Positions 9,101 through 18,545 of a DNA stretch of 64,000 nt are shown piece after piece (within the stretch, counting starts at the first letter, position 1; the number at the start of each line of letters is the position of its first letter). The notes beneath the pieces are model-generated. The model worked only from the letters and a program-made list of their open reading frames with translations. It was not told the DNA's origin and ran no database searches. The stretch comes from Eledone cirrhosa (Eukaryota). The stretch lies in assembly GCA_964016885.1 (NCBI GenBank), contig OZ024743.1, positions 128,154,001-128,218,000 of the forward strand. The letters run 5' to 3'. The position numbers were made by a program, and so were the translations under genes.

Positions 9101-11499
9101 AAGTAAACTCTGTCTTTCATCCTCTCAAGGTCAATAAAATAAAGTATGAGTCAAGTACTGAGATCGATATGAATAACTTTGCTCTCTACTAAGATTTACT
9201 GGCCTTGTGCTTATATTAGAAATCATTATTAGGTTATTTCATATCAATATGTTATTTTACTGAAGTGTTGTAATATCAAAGTACATCACACTGACACTAT
9301 AATCAATATCTAAATGATACTTAGGTCTGTAACACTGAATGTTTAAGTTCACATAACAATGAATCTATTGATATCGTATGTCTCATTTTATTAATAGCCA
9401 GTGTCAAAATATATGAATATCTATGTGTAAAACTATCTCTATTTCTAAATGTGTAAATATCTTTTATAGTGTAAGAATACTCCAATGATATACACTACAA
9501 ACTGCCATAAATTTATTACCTACTTACTGAAAATGATGGACGTTACATTGCCCCAGATGTATCTTCATGATTATATCATTAATAATGAAATATCACAGGT
9601 TAGTACATTTTATAAAATTATGATGCATTGTTCTTTTTCTGATATTTTATACAATGATATATTTTGACAAATATCAATGTATGCAAAATACAAAACTTCT
9701 CAATAATTCTTCATTACAGATGGGTCTGTTCAACATATCTACAACACTTAGTAAATATATTGTTTTGATTAAAAATCAAATGGAGAGAGAATATACGGAT
9801 TTATGTGCTCCTGCCAAACGTATAAAAGTAGCCTGTCATTTTCCTTCTGCCTGTTCTGAAATCACTCAAACATCAGAAGCTACATTCTATTGTTACTTAA
9901 GACAATCTGTAAATTATGTGAATGATCTGAAACTTCTTCTGAATTTACAGGTAGGTGTTGTTATTATAATAATATATTTATATTGGATATTCTTTCTTTC
10001 TCTTGAATTCATTTCATATAGATTATAATATTACATTATAATTGCATTTATATATCCAAAATTAAGGTCAGTTTATTCTTGGCAAGCCTGTTCTGCTAGG
10101 GAATGGATCACAGGTGGTGGATAGTGATATGGCAACCCAATATGGGAGCTAATTGCAATTTCAGTGGGCTCATAATAAACAACCCTTGACAAAACAGTGG
10201 TTAGCTAATTGGGCAGATGGAACAATAGGTGACACTGTTGGCTTTCAGGAAAAGTCTCACAACCCCATGCTATAGTTATGATGAGATGAGTAAAGGCCTC
10301 TTCTAAAAAAGCCTAGTCTTTGCAGATCTGAGAATTTGTTTACTGGTGCAAATAATAGAACAGAAAAGCAGCAGTATTGTTTGGTTGCATAAAAAGAATC
10401 ATAGTTAATTGTCCTTCCCACAAGGTGACCATGGTTGCATACAGATCTTAAATAGAAGAACCCATTTGAAAAATATATTGCAGCCTCCATCCAATGCCAG
10501 AAAAACTAGCAACATGCCTGGGAACTATCACAGGATGGATGCACAAAGGTTGCGTACTATAGCACTACAAAGAGGGTTCAGAAGGGAGCAAACAATAACA
10601 ACTGGAATATCACAACCCTGACGCATAGGGAACAGGAACTAGTGGAAAAGGCCAAATATAGTTTGGGGTTTCCTTTACAAGGTCTGTGACTCTAGTACTG
10701 TTGATTTGGATGAAAACCCACAAAACAGTTATGTCTAGATTGACACACAGCATAAATTGGGAAGTGCTGGCTGATGAGGGGTCAGGACTAGGTATGAAGG
10801 TTCTATAGCACCAAAATTTTGAGAACATCCTGAACAAATTGAAGATATTAAAGTGGAGTGAAGACAGTTCAGCCTGACATTTTCTGCTTCGGCTGTTAAA
10901 TGATATGGGCAAACGCAGTTTGGTGTGGTGATGGAGGACAGAAGTATCCCTTGAATTAATCAAGAAGTTAAAGATATCATCCATGTGAAGAAGGAGGCTT
11001 ACAGAACCTGTTTTGGAAATAAGTCTTCCATCTTGTGCTTGCTGTGCAAGCAGACATTAAAGGTAGCCAAGATTAAGACATTGTAGGATTTTACAAGAAT
11101 GTTATTGCAGTATTTGTTCTGGTCTTTTGAGTTCAAATCCCATCATGTTCCACTTTGCCTTTCATCCATCCAAGGTTGATACAATTTTCCCCTTCCCTAA
11201 AATTACTGACCTTCAGTCTAAAGTAGAAATCATTATAAAATGGTAACTATGGCAAGAACATGTATATCAATGTATATATATTTTGTCATTTGTACAAATT
11301 ATTAATATTACAATTACAATCTAGTTTGTTTTTCTATTTTTTTTAAATTCAGATTTCTTCAAAATACCAAGACAGTGTACAAGTAGATAATAATCTCTTG
11401 GTATCACATCATACTCAAAGAACTCAGCTTCGATGGTTTACCATGACTACGCTATATACTCTACAGGAACATATCAGCCAGATTCAAAAGATATTATAG
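3186..11499 (+). CDS. Secreted long-chain four-helix cytokine-like protein (IL-6/GH/Upd-like), copy 1, 228 aa; join(3186..3195,8562..8731,9470..9598,9720..9950,11353..11499)
   Basis: All introns are GT-AG (donors gtaagt, gtgagt, gttagt, gtaggt; acceptors tttag, tatag, tacag, ttcag). 687 nt join into one open frame: MKMNWQYALVLCISTWIALIHG/SPIQSTIPPKSAEPKVMKVTLKIAQLASATVNYTLIHY|CKNTPMIYTTNCHKFITYLLKMMDVTLPQMYLHDYIINNEISQ|MGLFNISTTLSKYIVLIKNQMEREYTDLCAPAKRIKVACHFPSACSEITQTSEATFYCYLRQSVNYVNDLKLLLNLQ|ISSKYQDSVQVDNNLLVSHHTQRTQLRWFTMTTLYTLQEHISQIQKIL*. Exons 2-5 are strong; the 10-nt exon 1 is less certain; the family call is inference. Confidence 0.8.
3262..4218. repeat. Fold-back/MITE-like structure: 213-bp inverted arms (3262-3474, 4006-4218) around a 531-bp spacer
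   Basis: actagacatgaaaaatgcgcaagctc...aacatataaaaata is the reverse complement of tatttttatatgtta...gcgcatttttcatgtctagt. I saw no mismatch by eye. Confidence 0.9.
3512..3600. mobile_element. Small degenerate MITE nested in the fold-back spacer
   Basis: Imperfect terminal inverted repeats cagagctgcggag...ctccgcagccctg. Confidence 0.45.
4800..4940 (-). mobile_element. tRNA-derived SINE (same family as 7490-7671), reverse orientation; further fragments ~5727-5772 (-) and ~11100-11232 (+)
   Basis: Reverse complement of the family core: attactggtactttattttatcga...gaaagtcgaagttaacctcggcaggatttgaact. Confidence 0.7.
6687..6740. repeat. 19-bp perfect hairpin at the right edge of the copy-1-specific segment
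   Basis: tgttagaacacgaaaagtg / cacttttcgtgttctaaca with a 16-nt loop. Confidence 0.85.
7490..7671 (+). mobile_element. tRNA-derived SINE with 11-bp TSD (attaatttcta); copies 27563-27744 and 46999-47180
   Basis: A-box-like TGGCAGTATCGG, B-box GAGTTCAAATC, core ctttgcctttcatccttacggggtcgataaaataaagtaccag (resembles the Meta/MESC-type core), flanking direct repeat. Confidence 0.85.
7993..8255 (-). mobile_element. Old 3'-end relic of the RTE family seen at 16209-18022
   Basis: tttctacagatgtatgcccttcctatcaccaacc is similar to tttctacagctggatgcccttcctaacaccaacc at 16341; similar cat-tail start. Confidence 0.55.
8801..9225 (+). mobile_element. Two tandem SINEs in intron 2 (8801-8990, 9008-9225); copies ~28870-29294 and ~48310-48734
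   Basis: Both carry the B-box and the ctttcatcct...ataaaataaa core and end in ggccttgtgc...agaaa. Confidence 0.8.
10200..11050 (-). mobile_element. Heavily degenerate non-LTR (L1/Tx1-like) RT relic in intron 4
   Basis: Locally higher GC. The minus strand reads PMRQGCDIPVVIVCSLLNPLCSAIVRN, reminiscent of RQGCPLSP.LF...EPL..AIR. Many stops. Confidence 0.35.
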
Positions 11500-11690
11500 T
11501 CATATATGTGAAATATCTTATATATATTATCTATAATATTAATACCACATCCTTGTCTAGATAGACACTCAGATACAAGTGTATCATTGACAATATGTAG
11601 AAGTATTTTAAACTTCATTTTTTAACAAAGCCATTTTTGTGGATTATAAATATATAGCAAAAGTAAAATATAACTCTGTATGTCAACACA

Positions 11691-11696
11691 AATAAA
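11691..11696 (+). terminator. Candidate polyadenylation signal of cytokine-like copy 1
   Basis: AATAAA about 190 nt after the TAG, with a GT-rich tract downstream; conserved in the other copies. Confidence 0.4.
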
Positions 11697-12599
11697 AAGG
11701 TATATATAAATATATAGACATACACATATACACACATATATAGGTGTCAGTGTGGCATCATTATGTATATTTATACACATTTCCCTATCAATCGGTTCGG
11801 TGTGATCAGTATTGATCATACCCAACTCTGTATTAAATGGTTCATCAGACCTGTGTGTGTTTACCTCTATTTCCAGGTTTTCATGACATTCACTTCTTAT
11901 TTTTACATAAACCCCTATGGTCCCTCCATCACTATCCCCTAAACTTTTACTGTTTTTTCAACAATATAAATACACTTATCACACTAATTTTATTTTATTT
12001 CTTCACCAAAGGTCTTTTATCCACCACAATAAGAGCATCACTTAATCACCTTTTCTTTCTCCTATCATAAAACACTCACTTTCTCATTTGTAAAATACAC
12101 CCACTGCCTCCAACATTTTATTGCTTTTTCAACAATAATACACAAATACTTTATCACTTTAATCTTATTTGGTTTTATTACTAATAGTCATTTAGTTTAT
12201 CTGACCATCACAATAATACCTCCAATAACATTCTCACTCAATTTCCCTTTTATTTTGTTTTCATTTTCCTATCATCAAAATGTGCCTTATTTTGATTTAC
12301 ACTACTTCATTTGTACATATACATTTACTGCTCTACTCTCAGACCCTCAACCTTCTCTCTATCTATAAAACTTATAAATAGGATGTTTGTTTGTTTGTAC
12401 AGCACTAAATAAATTGATAAGATTTAAGGTTTTTTGTTTTCAATTAATTTGACTTCCAACATGTTCACTATTGACTTACTTTCCGAAAACAGAACAGGTG
12501 CGGAGAATTTACTGCTCTTTCTAACATACAGGTACTGCCTGTTAATATGTTATGGTATCTATATATGGAGAGGGAAACACTACTCCATCTCTCACTCAC

Positions 12600-13400
12600 A
12601 CCACCTCCCCCCTCTCTCTCTCTAATTAAATACAACCTTTTCAGGTGTTTTCATTTGTTGTCGACTGATCTGATATCTGACTCACTCGCCAACGACTCCT
12701 TTTTTCACTCCTTTTTCTGAAATCAGAGGCGGAATGGGAGTTAAAGATAAGCACATTTCAGTTGTTTGAATTTATAGAAAAGAACCCCCTGGAGACCATG
12801 AAGAAAATTTTTTTCATAGGTTTCTCCACGTGTTTTCAACTATTCTGACCTCCAAAATTCCTGAAAACAGAATTGGGGGTGCCAGAGGGGAACCTATAAA
12901 GTATGTGTGCAAATACATCAAGAATGGTTCCAATGCTGCCATGTTTGCACAACAAAAATGAAATATATTCGATGAGGTGTCCAACTTCCAACATGGCCAA
13001 TATGTAGAGAATGTGGTGCCAGTGATTGATCTTCGGATTTTCCCAGCCGCGAAAATTTTTAGAATGAGAATTTTTTTCTTTTCTAGGTTTTTTCGTTTAT
13101 TTTTGACCGATCTGACATCCACTCACTCCCCAACAATTTATTTTTCCAAAAACTGAGGATAGCAGAGAAAATATTTTTTCCTAGGTTTTTTCATGTGTTT
13201 TCAACTAATCTGACCTCAGACATGTTTGCAATCACCTTCTTTTCCGAAATCAGATTTTAGGGGTTGTGGGGGATGCTCGGATTTTAGAGCCTCAGAGATT
13301 TCTTCAGAGGAAGAAACAAGGGTGAGAAGGGAGGGGCCCATTGGAGTTACAGATAAGCACCTCTCAACCTGCAAAGTGTTTATCTATCTCACCGTTACCT
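12600..13400. repeat. Unclassified interspersed repeat with internal sub-repeats; related pieces at ~7230-7430 and ~23930-25260
   Basis: Recurrent modules ttttcaactaatctgacctc, ctaggtttttt and agttacagataagcac in both orientations. Confidence 0.5.
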
Positions 13401-14018
13401 TCAAAACAATTAAAATCCCCCTCCTTATACATTTCTATAATGTATGTACCATGTAGTTTCAAGTTCTTGTATCAGGTTTAATGTACCTGATCCATACAAC
13501 ACCAACTCAACAGATGTTCTGAAGAATGATATTTCTGGGCAGATCTGATCTCCATACCTTTTCTATTTTGTTCATTTCAGCCAAGACATTGGTAATTTCA
13601 ATGTCAATGTCCTTTTTTGATAAACTCATCTAACTGCCCAAATATCGATACATTTAATGTGTCAGAAAATGAAATAGCAAAGAAATATACTGTTAATCAC
13701 ACATTCTAGTCTTGTTCAAATCTACTTTAAATTTATATATTAATTTCTAGACTGTAATCTAGAAACTTTAATAAATATCTCTATAAAATTTCAATAAGAT
13801 ATATAAATTATAAAGAAAGTAATGAAGAAAATTAATAATTTTTTCTAAAAATAACACTTCACAGGCCTTTCCCTTAGGATAAATTCTTAGTTAAGAAACC
13901 TAAAGCTAGGTGAAGCTTCCTAGCTTGAATTTATTAACTAAGACTATATCCCAACGAAAAAATTCTTGTGAAGTGTTCTTTTCAGATTACTTTATTGAGA
14001 TCTGCCCATTAGTGATTT

Positions 14019-14051
<33 letters not shown>

Positions 14052-14185
14052 CTATCAGTGTTTTTCATAGTTATGGCTTTCTAAATGTTTATTTATAAAT
14101 ATACCGTATTTCTTTAGAAATACGAAATTCAAATATATATACATATACAAATACATATATACATATACAAATACATATATACATA

Positions 14186-16197
14186 TATGATGGCTGCAAA
14201 CTCTGCTAATAGTATTGCAATCGCTTGTCAGATTCAGATGTGTGACGCTGGGATATGGCTTTTCAAGCCCGCTACAGACTTGCACTCCCTTGCACACTGA
14301 CGACAACTATGGATATCCCTGAGCTCTTGCACCAGGCTGCATATGAACCCTCACAATATCGTGGAGATCATAGTTCACTGGTTCTCTTTGAACATGGCTG
14401 TGACTGTGGCTCCTGAGACCAGATTTGCTCAAGTAAATTTTCCCACACTCAGGGCACTTCAATTCAATGCAGACACCGATCGTTACGAGAGATATGCCAG
14501 GGTATTGCTTACACACCTCCCGTTTGATCTTCTCGTACTCTATGCGTCTGTCCTCAAAATTATGGACCCCATCATTCACCATTCCATGCCAAGTTTCTCT
14601 TTCAAGAGCTTCTATTTCCCAGTCAGCCATCATCAAACCAGTTTTTTTCAATGAGTCCTTTACACAATCCTTGAATCGGAGCCTTGGCTTGTAAGGTGGT
14701 CTCTTACCCTCACAAAGCATGCCAGCAACAGATAGCAGTGAAATACCTGTATTGTAAAGTACCACCATCAATGCATCTTTCCAGTCCTGTGGTATATCTT
14801 CTTCATTCCAAACATTCACAAAGAGATGAGTGAGGCGGTTTAAGAAGTTATCACCAGCACACTTAAAGATCTCGGCACTCAGTCCATCCATTCCAGGTAA
14901 CTTGCCACTGTTTAATTTGGCAATGGCCTTCGCCACCTAATCAAATGAAGGAAGATCAGCCATTGCCAGCTTTGTAAGTCTGGATGGAATCAACTGGATG
15001 AACTCATCATCGATTTCTGATGGTCTGTTGAGAAGCTCATCAAAGTGGTCATGCCACCTGATCAGAATTTCCTTCGGATCTCTGAGCAATTCCTTGCTAT
15101 CCCTGGAGCGAAATGGTGACTTTTGTGGACGGTTGGACCATACACCTCCCTGAACAGATTGTATAAGAGCTTTGTATCATGTCTATCTGAGGCTTTCTGG
15201 ATTTCATCAGCCTTTTTTCTCCACCAGGTATCCTGCATTGCTCTCAATCGATGTTGCACACGTGCCTTGATCTGCTTGAAGGTCCGGTCACTCCTGTCAG
15301 AACGTGTCTCACACAACAATGATGGCACTTTTTGTTTCTCTTCAAGCAAGGTCTGCATCACTGCATTATTTTCATCAAACCAGTCTTTATGCTTTCTATT
15401 GGTATGACCTAAAACTCCAGCTCTAACATCATAGACGGTTATCTTCAATGATTCCCACGTGTTTTCACATTCCATGGACTGAAGGGAACTCGACAGCTCA
15501 GCTCTGACTTCCACTGTATTCAGAGGAGCCACGTTTAGTTGTTTTGAAAGAGCAACCTTCTTCCCCCTTACTTTGGGCTTCACAACAAATTGAAATTTGG
15601 CGCGCACCAGTCGATGGTCAGTCCAACATTCCGCGCCTCGCAATAGACGAACCAATGTGATATTCCAGATATCACGTTCCCTCGTTAAAACAACTTCCCA
15701 GTCATTACCAACACGTGCATTAAAATCACCAAGGATGACAATCTTGTCTGCATAAGGTATACTATTGATGACCTCTTTCAAAGACATGTAGAAATCTAGT
15801 TTTTCATCATCACTGGCACACATAGTAGGAGTGTAGACACTGACCAGAATCACACAGTGGTTTTGAATCAGAGGGACTCTCATGGATATTATCCGATCAT
15901 TGAATCAACAAGGAAGATTTTCCAGCTTTGAGACGATTCCATTCCTGACAGCAAATGCGACCCCTGCTTCTCTCCTACAACCCTCTGCTCTACCACTCCA
16001 ATAGGTATATCCTCTCTTCTGTTCTGAGGATTGACCCTCACCTGCCAATCTCGTTTCTGAAAGAGCAGCGATGTCCGTGTTATAGCGATTGAGTTCCCTC
16101 GACACCAAAGCAGATCTTCTTTCAGGGCGAGTTTCACTGGATTGGGAATCAAGTAAAGTTCTTACATTCCAGCATCCAATATTCAGAAGTTTGAATA
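14186..16197 (-). mobile_element. RTE/BovB-like LINE, defective (copy 1)
   Basis: APE endonuclease [13 protein letters not shown]...IAALSETRL...GVAFAV, ILGDFNARVG and TDHRLV; DWFDEN; C-terminal CPECGK..SKSGLRSH zinc finger. Stops, frameshifts and deletions; RT core missing. Confidence 0.9.
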
Positions 16198-16208
16198 TAC
16201 ACATATAT

Positions 16209-18022
16209 CATCATCATCATCATCATCACCGTTTTACGTCCGTTCTTCCACGCTAGCATGGGTTAGACGGGTTGTCCTGTTGTGGGCAGTGTCTGGTCGG
16301 CTGACCATGCCTTGCTCATACAGGAACTGATCTGGCTTGATTTCTACAGCTGGATGCCCTTCCTAACACCAACCTCATTTACAGTGAGTGCTGGGTGCTT
16401 TTTCGTGGCGCCTACACGTCCACTCTACAGTGTGGGCTGGGTGCTTTTTTGCCGTGGCACATCCACGACAACCTTGCGGTGGGGGGAGTGGGGGCATATT
16501 GTTTATATGCTTCAGCATGTACCCATGGGAGGTCGGGTACCCTGTATTACTGCGTGACGCCAGAAGTCACGGTCGTGTGTCATTGACTTTGAGAGGTGTA
16601 GTTGGGTAAGGTCGGCTTTTATCACCTCATCCCAAGTCATCTTGGGTCTCCCCACTCCGCGGTTTCCATAAACTTCTAGTGCTCTGCACCTTTTTATGCA
16701 GCTGTCATCCTTCATACGCATCACATGTCCATACCAGCGTAACCACCTCTCCTGCACGCAGCATTTGATTCCTCTTATGCTCAGTCTCTCTCTCAATTCC
16801 TTTATGCTTTGTCGTTCACGTATATTACTGTTACACATCCATCGGAGCATGCAGGCTTCGTTTCTCTATAATCTACGTAAGTCTTCCACCTTCAGCGCCC
16901 AGGTCTCACTACCATGCAACATCGCTGTTCGGATACACGCATCATACAGTCTGCCTTTCATTCTGAGGGAGAAGCCTTTTGCAGCTAGCAGTGGTAGTAG
17001 TTCCCTAAACTTCTTCCATCCCGTTCTTACCCTAGTTATTGTACTTTGAGCACCCACCTCCGTTGCTAATTCGGTCACCTAGGTAGCAGAAGCTGTCTAC
17101 TGTTTCTACAGGGCCCTCCCAGAGATTGGTGGTACTTGTTTCCTGTGGCTGTTTGCTTGCTGTTTCAGCGCAGCTGCTGCATGTGAATCCTACATTCTTA
17201 ATTAAGCTTCCTGAGATCCTGCTACATCTCTTGTGTACCCATTGTTTGCATTTGGGGCAGAGAATGGAGTTCCTACCTACACCTTTCCTACATACTGAGC
17301 AAGGCCATTTCCCTGAGGGGATCTGGGTTCTGTTTTCTCGTCTACTTATAAGGACCTTAGTCTTTGTCATGTTGACTTTGAGGCCCTTTCTCTCTAGTCC
17401 CTGCTTCCAGGTTTGGAATTTATTCTCTAGTTCTACCATAGATTCAGCTATGAGTGCGAGGTCATCAGCATACAGGAGTTCCCATGGGCATCCGGTCTTA
17501 AACTCCTCCGTTATTGCCTGCAGGACTATGATGAACAGGAGAGGGCTAAGAACAGAGCCCTGGTGGACCCCAACCTGTACGCTAAATTCCTCGCTATACT
17601 CATTGCTAATCCTAACTTTGCTGACTGCTCCCCTATACATGGCTTGTACCGCTTTCACAAGCCATTCATCTACTCCTAGTTTTCTAAGAGCCCACCAGAT
17701 TACTGCACGTGGAACTCTGTCAAAGGCTTTCTCAAGGTCGACAAATGCCAAGTAGAGTGGCTTACTTTTAGCTAGGTACTTTTCCTGTAATTGCCTCACA
17801 AGGAAGAGGGCATCAGTGGTGCCTTTCCCTGGTACAAACCCAAATTGCATCTCGTCTATATTCACCCGGTCCCTAATCAGCAGTGCTATAACTCTTTCTG
17901 TTACTTTCATGACCTGGTCCATCAACTTTATACCTCTATAGTTTCCTCTATCTAGTGCATCACCTTTACCTTTGTAGCAGTTGACAATGATGCTACTGCA
18001 CCAATCTTTTGGTATGGCCCCC
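16209..18022 (-). mobile_element. 5'-truncated RTE-clade LINE inserted only in unit 1
   Basis: RT motifs QFGFVPGKGTTDA, FVDLEKAFD, GVHQGSVLSPLLF and LLYADD; LRWYGHVMRM. (GAT)n 3' tail, read as catcatcat at 16209; possible TSD tatat; absent at 36745 and 56543. Confidence 0.93.
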
Positions 18023-18115
18023 TATATACATATATATATACACACATAATACATACATATATATATACACATAATATATACATATATATATATTTATATA
18101 TGTATACATATACAT

Positions 18116-18157
<42 letters not shown>

Positions 18158-18319
18158 TATATGTGTGTGCGTATATATAAAAGAAAACTTTTTTTTTCGT
18201 TCTACATGGCTGAATACAATAAATGTAATGTGAGTTTTTCGAATATTAATGATTTTTTTAATTATATTTTTATTTGAATTTGGCAAAGCCGGCCATTTAT
18301 CGCTCATATACAGGAAACT

Positions 18320-18425
18320 GACTGGCCAGTCTGCAGATATGCAAATCTGGCTGATCAGTGGCTCTGTTAGTATGCAGATTTGACTGATCAGCCAGTCTGC
18401 TAATATGCAAATCAGGCCAATCAGT
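18320..18425. repeat. 33-bp tandem repeat x3 with octamer-like cores
   Basis: ATGCAAAT 18339, ATGCAGAT 18372, ATGCAAAT 18405; period 33. Confidence 0.7.
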
Positions 18426-18545
18426 CACTGTGTATTTTTCAAAATAGCATATATTTTCACTAGCTTTGACAGCTTGGCAGGTGAACAGTGAGCTGTACTG
18501 ATGAAGGATGATGCGGACGTAAAATGAAATGAAATGATATATATA

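Noticed and set aside
9485-10028. ORF-track proteins of 60 and 124 aa as standalone genes
   Set aside because: They are exons 3 and 4 read through into introns; strong splice sites delimit the real coding parts.
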